NCBI GenBank assembly: GCA_043798355.1 | Contig: JAZDOT010000047.1 | Location: forward strand, 858 to 64,857 | DNA length: 64,000 nucleotides | Source of the DNA: Candidatus Peregrinibacteria bacterium | Lineage (GTDB): Bacteria > Patescibacteriota > Gracilibacteria > Peribacterales > Peribacteraceae | Reading direction: 5' to 3' | Part shown: piece after piece, positions 54,893 through 64,000 of the stretch | How positions within the stretch are numbered: position 1 is the first letter of the stretch | Layout: each line of letters begins with the position of its first letter | Translations under genes and position numbers: made by a program | Notes under the pieces: model-generated | Told to the model about the DNA's origin: nothing | The model's input: only the letters and a program-made list of their open reading frames with translations | The model's database searches: none

Positions 54893-57672
54893 TCAGAACG
54901 CCCTCAATCGCGCTTCGATCTTCTTCAGTTTCTCCTTGGCGCCCAAAAGCCTCTCACGCTCAGTTGCGATGACTCCCTCGGGCGCATTCTCGAGAAACTT
55001 CTTGTTCTTCATTTTCGCTTCGATGCCGTGCATAAATTTTCGCACATGTTCGGATTCCGCAAGGAGTCTGGCCTGTTCTTTGGCGAGATCGATGACGCCG
55101 ACGAGCGGAAGGTGAACCTCCATGTCCTTCAAAAACACGCTCGCAGCGTGCTCGTGAGTCTGAGGAGCGGCATCAATCGAGAGCGAACTCAGCTTCCCCA
55201 TACGGATGATGCGCTCCCGTTCCGCTTTCAGCGTTTTTTCAAATTTCTTCGAATGGATGAAGACGGGAACGCAGGTCCCCTGCTCGATCATGTGCTCCGC
55301 ACGAATGCTGCGGATGGCGGAGATCGCTTCAATGATGGCCTGCATCCCCTCTTCGGCATCGCTGTCACGCAAGGATTCATCGACCTCCGGCCACGGCTCG
55401 CGGATGAGGAGGCCCGCACCTTCCGGCCTGATCTGCGACCATAACTCCTCCGTGACGAAGGGGCAGTACGGATGGAGCAGGTGAACGATCGTGCGCAGCG
55501 CATGAACGAGGACGGCGGGATTCGCTGAGCCTTTTTGGATCTCCAGATACCAGTCGCAGAAGTAGTCCCACACGAAGGCATACAAACGCTCCCCGACCTC
55601 GCTCAGGCGGTCATGTTCCAGCCCGCTCGTCACATCCGCAACCACTCGTTGCAGGGAAGACAGAAGCGCCCGATCTGCCGTCGACAAGTTAACTGTTAAC
55701 AGTTGACAGTGAACTGCTTGCGGATCGATTTTGGCCTTTTCACATTGAAGTAATACAAATCGCGACGCATTCCACAGTTTATTGATGAAGTTCCGGTACC
55801 CCGCGATCTTCTCCGTGTACAACTGGAAGTCATTCCCGGGCATCTGCCCGACGATCATCGCGAGACGCAGCGCATCCGCCCCGTACACCGGAATAATCTC
55901 GAGAGGATCGACACACGTCGTTGGATCCGACTTGCTCATCTTCTTCCCCTCGCGCGTCCGGACCAGCCCGTGGAGGTACACGGTTTTGAAGGGGATCTGT
56001 CCGATCGCGTAGGTCGTCATGAGGATCATCCGCGCCACCCAGAAGAAGAGGATATCCCCGGCGGTCTCGAGCACGTCCGTGGGATGGAACTTCCGGAAAT
56101 CAGGGCTCTGCTTGAGCAGATCCTCAAAGGAGAGGGAGAAATCCGAAGCAATCGCGGGATCGATGAGGGTGGACCACGTCCAGAGGCCGGACGAGAACCA
56201 CGTATCGAGCGTGTCAGAGTCCTGTTCCACCTTCCCACCGCAACGAGGGCAATGATCGACCGGTTGGGATGAAACGATGACCCCCACATCCCCGCCAGCT
56301 GTGAGCTGTGAGCTGTGAGCTGCTCATCGCTGATCGCTGATCGCTCAACGCTTGCATGAACGCTCTTTCCATCCGCACACTTTGAACAATAATAAACAGG
56401 AATCCGATGCCCCCACCAGATTTGGCGCGAGATGCACCAGTCGTGGAGGTTATCGATCCAGTTGAAATACACCTTCTCGAAGCGGTCCGGAATGATCCGG
56501 ATGTCGCGGCTCCGAATGACGTCCTGCATCACCTGCTTGAGGCTCAGCTTCGCCCCTTTCCAGTGCACTGCCGGCTTATGAACATCGATGAACCACTGCT
56601 CTTTGACCTGTGGTTCCACGATGCCTTTCCCCCGATAGCTCACTGCCACACGGTGCACGTAGTTCTCGTCCACCTTCACGAGGAGCCCCTTGCTGCGGAG
56701 CTTCTCAACCACACGCGGACGCGCCTCTTCGATAGGCATCCCCGCGAATTCTCCGGCAACGGAGAGGAGCTTCCCGTCGAAATCGATGATCTGCTCGCGG
56801 TCGAGCCCATGCCGCTCCGCCAGATCGAAGTCCACCTTGTCATGCCACGGCGTCACGGTCATGACACCCGTCCCGAACGCGGGATCGATCGCATCTTTAT
56901 CTTTAATGACCGTCGCTTTGACCGGCCCGTTGATCCACTCGCACTCGAACGTGGCGCCGTTCTTATACTTGGCATAGCGCTCGTCGTCGGGGTGCATCAC
57001 CACGTACTTGTCACCGAATTTGGTCTCGGGCCGCGCGGTCGAGATCTGGAAGGGGCCGTACTGGAACGTATAGTACGGGGCTTTCTCCTCGCGGTACTCG
57101 ATTTCATCGTCCGAGACCGTCGTCTGCATGACGGGATCCCAGTTCACGATCCTCTGTCCGCGGTAGATGAGGCCGTCCTTGTACATCTTCACGAAGACCT
57201 CGTGAACTGAGCGGTTCAGTGCCGGATCCAGCGTGTAGCGCTCGCGGCTCCAGTCGCAACTGGCGCCCATCTTCCGGACCTGGGAACGAATGGTTGCCTG
57301 GCTCTTCAGGACGAAGTCGGCAATGCGCGCGACCAGTTTCTCCCGCCCGAGTGCGGCACGGGGATCTTTCATTTTCTCCTCTTTCTGAATTTTCTTGATG
57401 ACCACGCTCTCCGTTGCGATGGCGGCATGATCCGTACCGGGCAGCCATAATACCTCCTTCCCGCGCATCCGGGCGAAGCGGATGAAGATGTCCTCGAGCG
57501 CCAGCATGACGGCATGCCCGATGTGCAATTGCCCCGTCGCATTGGGCGGGGGCATGGAGATGACGAAGGGGTCTTTCTTGCTATTGGCATCGGCTTTAAA
57601 CGCCCCGCTCTCCTCCCAGAGAGCATAGATTTTATCCTCACAGGCCTTTGGATCGTACGCTTTAGGAAGCAT
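54893..57672 (-). CDS. valS: valine--tRNA ligase, reading frame broken (apparent -1 shift) within a heptamer repeat tract at about 56290..56323
   Basis: The N-terminal ORF (MLPKAYDP...PPPNATGQLHIGHA...WWGHRIPVYYC) runs into the repeats. The C-terminal ORF (VIVSSQPVDHCPRCGGKVEQDSDTLDTWFSS...KMSKS...coiled coil) is in another frame. Confidence 0.9.
56297..56345. repeat. two adjacent heptamer tracts, (AGCTGTG)x3.7 and (SATCGCT)x3, inside valS
   Basis: agctgtgagctgtgagctgtgagctg ctc atcgctgatcgctgatcgct. Confidence 0.92.
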
Positions 57673-57713
57673 TGTGATGCAGAGTGTACGAGCACTTGCG
57701 TAAAAACGGCAAG

Positions 57714-57761
57714 CCACGTCGGTCGCCCTTCGATTGCACTCAGGGTAAACGACCGACGTGG
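57714..57761. repeat. hairpin carrying the conserved loop CCCTTCGAYTGCRCTCAGGGT (copy 2), about 40 nt upstream of valS
   Basis: A perfect 12-bp stem CCACGTCGGTCG/CGACCGACGTGG encloses cccttcgattgcactcagggtaaa. Confidence 0.8.
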
Positions 57762-57940
57762 CAAGGGGGGAATGGCAAAAAAATCCGCAAAAACGTTGAC
57801 GTATGAAAAAAACCGTTTGAATAGGCGCGACAGTTCGTGAACCGACAGAAAGGAGGTGCTGATGCACCACAAAAAAAGGGCCCGCGACGCGATCTGTCAC
57901 CGGGACCTGCGGCTACGGAGCCATGGGTCCCCACTTTCAT

Positions 57941-58082
57941 CGACCTCACCCCTGCCCCCTCTCCACTCTCGTGGAGAGGGGAACTGTGTATGTTTCTGTT
58001 TGTTTTTCTTCCTGAAGAAAACAAACAGTACACAAAACATCTCCCTTCTCCATCGCGATGGAGAAGGGCTGGGGATGAGGTC
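57941..58082. mobile_element. GC-rich foldback (MITE-like) element, un-nested sibling of 36715..36941
   Basis: tcgacCTCACCCCTgCCCCCTCTCCAC...GGAGAGGGGAACTGT...ctgtttgttttt/aaaacaaacag...CTCCCTTCTCC...GGAGAAGGGCTGGGGATGAGG. The arms are mutually reverse complementary. Confidence 0.5.
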
Positions 58083-58334
58083 CAAAACTGCGCGAAGGCA
58101 AGCTCCGCTTGCATGGACCACGGAGGGAAAACCGTAGGTTTTCCTCTCCACGCATTAAAAAAGACCGCCCAACGGCGGTCAGAAAGAAGAAGAGAAAGAA
58201 CGAAACTATTGTTCCTATCGGAACGTAAGCCGGAAATTTATACAGGAACGGAAAACGCAACGCAAGCGTATCTTCAAAAAAACAAAGGGAACAGATGGAC
58301 GCCCCATCTCGTCCTCTTTAAAATGTGAATTCCT

Positions 58335-58748
58335 ATGGCAGCACGCGAATACACCGGTTCACGGCTAACAGCGACAGGAGCTCTCATGGTAAATGACCTG
58401 CAGGAAGGGATAGATTTCAGAAATAATGACACGGTCGGCAACGTGTGGAATAGCGTACGCAATATCGCAGTAGCCACATTGCACGGTATTCAGGGAATCA
58501 TCCCATCGATTGCGAATGCATTCAACGGACAGCAGTTCCATGTGAGGAGACGACAAAGCACATGGGATGGAACAGGGGCTTCTGTAAGGAAAATTGTGGA
58601 CACGAAGGGCATCCTCGGCAAAGCGAGCGCGGTTCTGGCAGAAGCAACTGATGGCCCTGTTGATGATCTCATCAGTGCTACGACAGGCGGATCGCAGTGG
58701 ATCGTGGAACCGACGCGCTCCCGCATGAACATGACCCTCGCTCTCTGA
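58335..58748 (+). CDS. hypothetical protein
   Basis: 137 aa with balanced composition. The overlapping minus-strand ORFs are Arg/Cys/His-rich and look spurious. Confidence 0.5.
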   Translation: MAAREYTGSRLTATGALMVNDLQEGIDFRNNDTVGNVWNSVRNIAVATLHGIQGIIPSIANAFNGQQFHVRRRQSTWDGTGASVRKIVDTKGILGKASAVLAEATDGPVDDLISATTGGSQWIVEPTRSRMNMTLAL

Positions 58749-58760
58749 GCATCCTTGTCC

Positions 58761-58922
58761 ATGCCACACGCCCCCCTCCTCGGCCATACGCCAGCAGTCG
58801 CTTCTGCCCCCCATGCGCTCCTCGGCCACCACCTCGCGGAAATCGCGGTGGGCGTCGGCGGCGTCCTCCTCATCGTCTGGGGTTTCAAAAAACTCTACGA
58901 GAAAACGATCGGCTCTTCGTGA
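58761..58922 (+). CDS. possible small single-pass membrane protein (53 aa; not in the ORF track)
   Basis: Hand translation gives MPHAPLLGHTPAVASAPHALLGHHLAEIAVGVGGVLLIVWGFKKLYEKTIGSS, a TM helix followed by KK. Confidence 0.3.
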   Translation: MPHAPLLGHTPAVASAPHALLGHHLAEIAVGVGGVLLIVWGFKKLYEKTIGSS

Positions 58923-58934
58923 TACCCTGCCCCC

Positions 58935-59213
58935 ATGCCACGCTTCGACTTCGAGTGCCAGAACTGCGGAAAGGTTTTCGAGAGAGAGCTCTCCTTCGGC
59001 TCACGCCGGTTCCCGCGGTGTGCGGAGTGCGGCGGTAAAACAGAGAAGCTCATTCTCCCTCCCGTCATCCACTTCAAGGGATCCGGATTCTATGCGACAG
59101 ATGCAAAGAAGGGACACGAGATCAAGCCGACCTCTCCGAAAGAGGAGAAGAAGGCTGAAACGACGACAAGCGAGCCAAAAGCAGAAAAGAACTCAAAAAA
59201 GAGCGAAAAATGA
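58935..59213 (+). CDS. FmdB-family zinc-ribbon protein
   Basis: MPRFDFECQNCGKVFE......CAECGG is a CxxC...CxxC pattern. The tail is Lys/Glu-rich. Confidence 0.85.
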   Translation: MPRFDFECQNCGKVFERELSFGSRRFPRCAECGGKTEKLILPPVIHFKGSGFYATDAKKGHEIKPTSPKEEKKAETTTSEPKAEKNSKKSEK

Positions 59214-60097
59214 TGTATAATAGAGTGGATATGCTCCCGCAAAAACCAAATCTCAGAAAAACGCTCACCGGACGACTGGATGCCCTCGCAGGTATGACTT
59301 ACACGCGTCTCCTTCTGCTCTGGTGCGCACTCACGGTGATCTTCACGGCCATCTACTTCGTCCTGAGCCGTTTCGTCCCTGCACATGCCCCGCAGGCTCT
59401 GGTCCCGCTGGACGCGCTCCATGCACTCACCGACAGCCTGTACTTCAGCATCATCACTGCGACCTCCACCGGATACGGAGACATCGTCCCGATGGGTTTC
59501 TCCAAGGTGCTCGTGTGCATCCAGATCACGAGTTCGCTCGGGATCTTCGCGGTCTTCGTCACCAAACTGGTCTCGCGCAATCAGGAGGCGACGCTCCGGG
59601 AGGTGCATCGCCTGACGTACGAGGATATCTTCCATAACTCCCGCGAGGATCTCTTCCTCATCCGGCACGATCTGGACCTCATCATTGAAGAAGCGCATGC
59701 ACTCGGGAAGGTCCGCGAGGAATCGTGGGGAAATCTCACTGCCGCGCTGCGGCAGGCCCAGAGCATCATCCAGGAGATTCCCGACTTCTACGACACGGAG
59801 GAGAAGCTCTATACCATCGACCCCCGGCGCGAAGAAATCCTCCTCGAGGCGGTCCACCGGACGCTCCACCGCATCGATAAGATGCTGGAAATCTTCAGTC
59901 TCTCGGCGATCGAATGGACCGGTCATGAAGAGAGCCTGCGGGAACTCGTCGCTCTTCTGCACCTCGTAGAGGAAACAGCGTTCCTCTGGCAGGAACGTTC
60001 GCCGTACCAGAACATGGAGGCGTTCGCCGATATTATCGCCGTACGGCAGAAGATGCACGGACGAATAGAGAAAGATTTCGAAGCGAAGCACTCATAG
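59210..60097 (+). CDS. potassium channel family protein (2TM pore with cytosolic helical domain)
   Basis: Selectivity filter TSTGYGD. The start overlaps the FmdB stop (ATGA). Confidence 0.85.
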   Translation: MMYNRVDMLPQKPNLRKTLTGRLDALAGMTYTRLLLLWCALTVIFTAIYFVLSRFVPAHAPQALVPLDALHALTDSLYFSIITATSTGYGDIVPMGFSKVLVCIQITSSLGIFAVFVTKLVSRNQEATLREVHRLTYEDIFHNSREDLFLIRHDLDLIIEEAHALGKVREESWGNLTAALRQAQSIIQEIPDFYDTEEKLYTIDPRREEILLEAVHRTLHRIDKMLEIFSLSAIEWTGHEESLRELVALLHLVEETAFLWQERSPYQNMEAFADIIAVRQKMHGRIEKDFEAKHS

Positions 60098-60173
60098 CTC
60101 ATGACTCACCCCTCGATGCCACTCGGGGCAAGCAGCGTATAGCTGCGCTCTCGGCTCTTTCGCATGCATCATG

Positions 60174-62435
60174 CTACCTTCTTGGCGGTCCCCGGTGCGG
60201 CCCCCCCGGCTTGCCCTGAGAGGAGCCGAAGGGTCCTCTCCTCGGAGGTCCTCCGAAGGCAGGGCGCTGGACGAATCCTTCCGGCGGAGGAGTCATTTGC
60301 TTGAGGGACATACGCGTCTTCCCTTCGACCGCGTCGTACTCCACGCACTTGGCCTGCACCGTATCCCCCAGCTTGAGAACATCCTCCACATTCTCCGTCC
60401 GCTGCCACTGGAGCTCGGAGATGTGAATCATGGCATCCTTGCCGCGCAGGAATTCCACAATCGCCCCAACCCCGTCGATGATACGCACAACTTTGCAGTC
60501 ATAGACCTTGCCAATCTCCGGCTTCGCGACGATGCCCTCGATCCACTCCTTCGCCTTCTGCATGGCGTCACCGTTCAAAGCGGTGACGAAGACGAGACCG
60601 CTGTCCTCGATATCGATCTCCACGTTGAGTTCGCCCGTGATCTTCTGGATGGTCTCGCCGCCCTTGCCGATGACGAGGCGGATATCGTCGGGATTGATGT
60701 GAATGACTTCGATCCGCGGCGCGCGCGGGGAGAGTTCTTTGCGCGGTTCCGCAATGGCCGCTTTCATCACGGACAGAATGACGAGCCTCCCCTTCCGGGA
60801 ACGCTCGAGAGCTTCCGCGAAGACCGCATCGGGGAGACCTTTGATCTTGATATCCATCTGGATGGCCGTGATTCCCATCGAAGTTCCGCCTACTTTGAAG
60901 TCCATGTCGCCGCCGAAGTCCTCCTCGTCCTGCAGATCCGAGAGGATGACGTATTGACTCTTCGCCTCATCGGAAATGAGTCCGAGTGCGATGCCCGCGA
61001 CAGGGGCCGTAATGGGAACGCCTGCCGCCATGAGCGCGAGCGTAGAGCCGCAGGTCGCAGCCATGGAGGATGACCCGTTCGATTCGAGAATCTCGGTCAC
61101 CGTCCGGATGGTGTAAGGGAACTGTTCCTCGTTCGGGAGCACCGGCTCGAGGGCCCGCTGCGCAAGATTCCCGTGGCCGATCTCGCGGTTGCCCACCATG
61201 AGGCGGTTAGAAGTCTCCCCCACCGAGAACGGCGGGAAGTTGTAGTGGTGGAAGTAGCGCGATTTGCGCTCTCCCGTCATCCCCTCCACGATCTGCCGAT
61301 CGCCGGGCGCACCGAGCGTGCACGTCGTGAGACCCTGCGTCTCGCCGCGCTGGAAGAGGGCGCTGCCGTGCACGAAGTTCGGCAGAACGTCCACCATCGC
61401 ACCGAGCGGTCGGATTTCTTCGACCTTGCGGCTGCTCATGCGCACCCCCTCCTCGAGGATGAGACGGCGCACCTCCGTTTTGATCACTTTATCCATGAGT
61501 TCGCTGGCGTGCGCATAGAGCTCGACAAGCTCCGCTTTCTCCCCGGCCGCACCGAAAGTCTCCTGCAACTTCTCGGCAGCCCCTTTCATGAACTGGTTGA
61601 AGACGGCGCGGCGGACAAGCTTGTCGAGCGGATCGCGGACGGCCTTGGTCACCGTCGGAAGAGCCCAGGCTTGTAGAATTTTGGTCGCCTCTGCATGTTC
61701 GTACGAAACGGGAGCTTCAAATTTCGCTTTGCCGACCTCCTTCGCTATCCCTTCGAAGAATTTCGCGATCTTCTGCGCCCACTTCTTGCCGAACTCGATA
61801 GCGCGGAGAACGTCGGCTTCGGGCACCTGATTGGCTCCCGCTTCGATCATCACGACGCTGTCCAGCGACGCGGTGACGAACATATCCAGATCGGACTTGG
61901 TTCTGGCCTCGCGTGAAGGATTCAGCGCGAGTTCCCCCCCGATCAGCCCCACGCGCACAGTACCGAGCGGGCCGGAAACGGGGCAATCGGAGAGCGCGCA
62001 GGCGAGGTTTGCCGCATTCGCGGATGCGATATCGTGCTCGTTCTCATAATCGTAGGAGAGAACTGTGCAGAAGACCTGCACATCCCTCCGCAGATACTTG
62101 GGGAACATGGGACGCAGTCCGCGGTCGATGACCCGTCCGAGGAGCACGTACTCGTCTCCCGGACGGCCCTCGCGCTTGCGGAACCGGCTCCCCGCGATGC
62201 GTCCTCCGGCGTAGTACTTCTCCTGATACACCACCTGGAGCGGCAGGAAATCGACACCCTCGCGCGCCTCGGCGGAGAGGGTGCAGTTGCCCATGCATAC
62301 GGTTTCACCCATCTGACAGAGGACGGTGGCGCTGGCCTGCGTGCCCCAGCTGCCGGTGCGGATGACGAGCGGCTTGTCGCCGAGCGAGAGCGTGTACTCT
62401 TTCGAAGGACGGATGGCGGAACTCTGAGCAGTCAT
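60174..62435 (-). CDS. pnp: polyribonucleotide nucleotidyltransferase (PNPase)
   Basis: 753 aa with two RNase PH domains, then KH (GKGGETIQKI) and S1 (GKVYDCKVVRIIDGVGAIVEF) domains and an Arg/Gly/Pro tail. Confidence 0.96.
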   Translation of the reverse strand: MTAQSSAIRPSKEYTLSLGDKPLVIRTGSWGTQASATVLCQMGETVCMGNCTLSAEAREGVDFLPLQVVYQEKYYAGGRIAGSRFRKREGRPGDEYVLLGRVIDRGLRPMFPKYLRRDVQVFCTVLSYDYENEHDIASANAANLACALSDCPVSGPLGTVRVGLIGGELALNPSREARTKSDLDMFVTASLDSVVMIEAGANQVPEADVLRAIEFGKKWAQKIAKFFEGIAKEVGKAKFEAPVSYEHAEATKILQAWALPTVTKAVRDPLDKLVRRAVFNQFMKGAAEKLQETFGAAGEKAELVELYAHASELMDKVIKTEVRRLILEEGVRMSSRKVEEIRPLGAMVDVLPNFVHGSALFQRGETQGLTTCTLGAPGDRQIVEGMTGERKSRYFHHYNFPPFSVGETSNRLMVGNREIGHGNLAQRALEPVLPNEEQFPYTIRTVTEILESNGSSSMAATCGSTLALMAAGVPITAPVAGIALGLISDEAKSQYVILSDLQDEEDFGGDMDFKVGGTSMGITAIQMDIKIKGLPDAVFAEALERSRKGRLVILSVMKAAIAEPRKELSPRAPRIEVIHINPDDIRLVIGKGGETIQKITGELNVEIDIEDSGLVFVTALNGDAMQKAKEWIEGIVAKPEIGKVYDCKVVRIIDGVGAIVEFLRGKDAMIHISELQWQRTENVEDVLKLGDTVQAKCVEYDAVEGKTRMSLKQMTPPPEGFVQRPAFGGPPRRGPFGSSQGKPGGPHRGPPRR

Positions 62436-62442
62436 AGAAAAG

Positions 62443-62471
62443 AAGGAAAAAGGTATAACGTCCTTTTCCTT
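62443..62471 (-). promoter_or_regulatory. stem-loop immediately upstream of the pnp start codon
   Basis: AAGGAAAAAGG-tataacgt-CCTTTTCCTT ends 8 nt from the ATG. Confidence 0.4.
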
Positions 62472-62651
62472 TTGAAGTTCTTCTCCCTGCTGTCTGTGGA
62501 TTCACGCGGGAGGGCAATCAGCCTTGCTATTGCGCTCCAGTGTAAACCCAGTGACAGTCTGAAGAGAGAACGAGAGGAAAGGATGATATCAATCTAGCAC
62601 AGAAAATGGTAAAGAGAAGGATTTTCCTGGCTTCTCCGCCATCTTCATGTT

Positions 62652-62682
62652 CCCTAACCCTAATCCTAACCCTAATCCTACC
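62652..62682. repeat. telomere-like hexamer repeat (CCCTAA/CCTAAT variants) overlapping the methyltransferase stop codon
   Basis: ccctaaccctaatcctaaccctaatcctacc is near-identical in style to 49161..49191. Confidence 0.9.
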
Positions 62683-63220
62683 ATCGGTACACCAGCACCC
62701 TCGTCGGCCCGAAGATCCCCTGCACTGAAAATTCTCGCTCGGGCGTGTGCCCCGGAAACCGAAACGCGTGCGAGACGACCGTCGTCCCTTTCCTGAGCTC
62801 GGCATCGAACTTCTTCTGAAACCGCGGCATCACGTCCGTAATGAGATACACGAAAATGCAATCTGCATCCCTCAGATCCTGCGAGAGCGCATTGCCGAGT
62901 CTGAGCGAAACCGGGTGTCCGTACCACCACACGAACACTTTCCCGAGCAGCCACACCACAGGAACCAGTTCCACGCCGATGGCGCGGATGGAGGGATGCA
63001 GGCGCTTCGCGGTAATGAGGATGCGTCCGTCCCCCGCCCCCAGATCGTAAACGGTCTCCGTCCCCTTGAGCCCCGCCGCCTCCACCATCGCCCGCGCCGT
63101 CTTCCACGAGGTGGGAACGTAGGGAACGTGCACAAAGAGAAACCCAAGCACCGTGGAGAGGAGGGTGAGAAGGAGCGCGAGAACGAAGAGGCTGAGGAGT
63201 GAAAGAATGAAGATGTCCAC
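62678..63220 (-). CDS. class I SAM-dependent methyltransferase with N-terminal TM helix (GTG start)
   Basis: The motif I-like sequence VYDLGAGDGRILI follows a hydrophobic N-terminus. Confidence 0.75.
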   Translation of the reverse strand: MDIFILSLLSLFVLALLLTLLSTVLGFLFVHVPYVPTSWKTARAMVEAAGLKGTETVYDLGAGDGRILITAKRLHPSIRAIGVELVPVVWLLGKVFVWWYGHPVSLRLGNALSQDLRDADCIFVYLITDVMPRFQKKFDAELRKGTTVVSHAFRFPGHTPEREFSVQGIFGPTRVLVYRW

Positions 63221-63236
63221 AGATGCATTCTACACT

Positions 63237-63854
63237 TCATCGCACGCACGTCCCTCCCGTCCTGCGATAGCATCGATTCTTGACCGTCCCGTAGTAGTAG
63301 CTGTCGTACGACGCATCATAGTAATCAATCCGACGGTCATACGGCCGGGACGTGCAGTTTTGGCAATGGAGTCCGGCGCATCGGCCGGAGGACTGCCTGC
63401 AGGTGTAATCATCGTAGCGGCCGTCGTACGTGCGGCGGTACCGGTAGCGGATATCGCTCGTGCAGCGGCTGCGGTTACTGACGGTGCATCGGGTGTTCGG
63501 AGTTCTGGAATACACGCCGCTCTCGTAGGAGGGCAGCGTCGAATAGTTGTAGGAACGATTATCGTTGTAATACCCGTCCTCGTCATCATTCCAATCATCG
63601 CCATTCCAATCCTCATCATCTCCATAGTAATAATTGTCATCGTAGGAGTAGCGAGAACGGGAAACAGACGCCGAGCCACCCACGTACGGATCGGTGTGGC
63701 TGTCCACGCACGTGTAGTTCGTGCAGATGCCGTTGCGGTCGTAGTAGTGACAGATGCGCTCGGGGCAGGCGACCGAAGCGGCCTCCGCGGGCAGAGCCGC
63801 GAAGAGGAGAGCGGAGAAGAGAAGGCCGGAGATGAGGGTAGAGCGTATGAACAT
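63237..63854 (-). CDS. secreted Tyr/Asp/Arg/Cys-rich low-complexity protein
   Basis: Signal peptide MFIRSTLISGLLFSALLFAALPAEA, followed by YYDRNGICTNYTC...YYYGDDEDWNGDDWNDDEDGYYNDN...RYRYRRTYDGRYDDYTC. Confidence 0.6.
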   Translation of the reverse strand: MFIRSTLISGLLFSALLFAALPAEAASVACPERICHYYDRNGICTNYTCVDSHTDPYVGGSASVSRSRYSYDDNYYYGDDEDWNGDDWNDDEDGYYNDNRSYNYSTLPSYESGVYSRTPNTRCTVSNRSRCTSDIRYRYRRTYDGRYDDYTCRQSSGRCAGLHCQNCTSRPYDRRIDYYDASYDSYYYGTVKNRCYRRTGGTCVR

Positions 63855-64000
63855 AGGAGGGGAAAGGTATCCCTCCCCTCTCCTTTCTTCAACCGCAGGA
63901 GATGGACAAGAATTAAATCAATGTTGATTTCTGATACTGGCAATTGAGTCCCGACATTGCAGGTAAAAGCGTTAAAACTGACTCGCAATCGTGAGCGTAC

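Noticed and set aside
57837-58328. 163-aa plus-strand ORF, with smaller ORFs on both strands, across 57850..58260.
   Set aside because: They translate the foldback repeat (…PLSWRGELCMFLFVFL…, …SPSRWRRAGDE…). The same peptide-like strings arise from the non-coding copy at 36715..36941.
63153-63988. Two alternative ORFs (264 aa on the plus strand, 252 aa on the minus strand) overlapping 63237..63854.
   Set aside because: Neither has a signal peptide or plausible composition (runs of V/I/A or T/A/R). The chosen frame starts with a textbook signal peptide. This remains a low-complexity region, so confidence is moderate.
1-64000. Alternative genetic code (UGA recoded), as seen in some candidate phyla.
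   Set aside because: All long conserved genes (gyrA, pnp, glyA, relA, dnaX) are uninterrupted under the standard code and end at sensible positions. The only broken gene (valS) is explained by a frame shift, not an in-frame UGA.

Overview
This is a GC-rich bacterial chromosomal window, densely packed with genes on both strands. Recognisable housekeeping genes are dcd, dnaX, a 5-formyl-THF cyclo-ligase, glyA, hrcA, rpmE, gyrA, rsmI, ruvA, pgi, trxA, secF, tig, relA/spoT-dtd, rplJ-rplL, lexA, valS and pnp. There are also two tRNAs (Ala-UGC, Cys-GCA), a probable RNase P RNA, an L10-leader-like attenuator, a RelE/Phd toxin-antitoxin pair, and many orphan secreted, lipoprotein or surface proteins. 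I saw no rRNA, CRISPR array, transposase, integrase or phage structural genes. A short HrcA, archaeal-type PurP paralogues, mostly Shine-Dalgarno-less starts and many orphan exported proteins suggest an uncultivated small-genome lineage, but taxonomy cannot be set from this window. Three things stand out. (1) At 40.7-45.7 kb, a 7TM membrane protein is translationally coupled to a fusion of a RimK-related ATP-grasp ligase and a DUF1704/QEGLA (MATCAP-like) zinc carboxypeptidase domain, with a second divergent ATP-grasp gene; this looks like an uncharacterised ligation/trimming system. (2) Intergenic space is saturated with 7-nt and 6-nt tandem repeats (including a cyanobacterial STRR-like CCCCAAT unit and telomere-like CCCTAA) and several GC-rich hairpin or foldback families, one nested inside another. 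(3) These repeats invade coding sequence: an in-frame insert in one purP paralogue, repeat-encoded C-terminal tails, and a reading-frame break in valS exactly at a heptamer tract. All calls come from reading the sequence and ORF translations; no searches were run.
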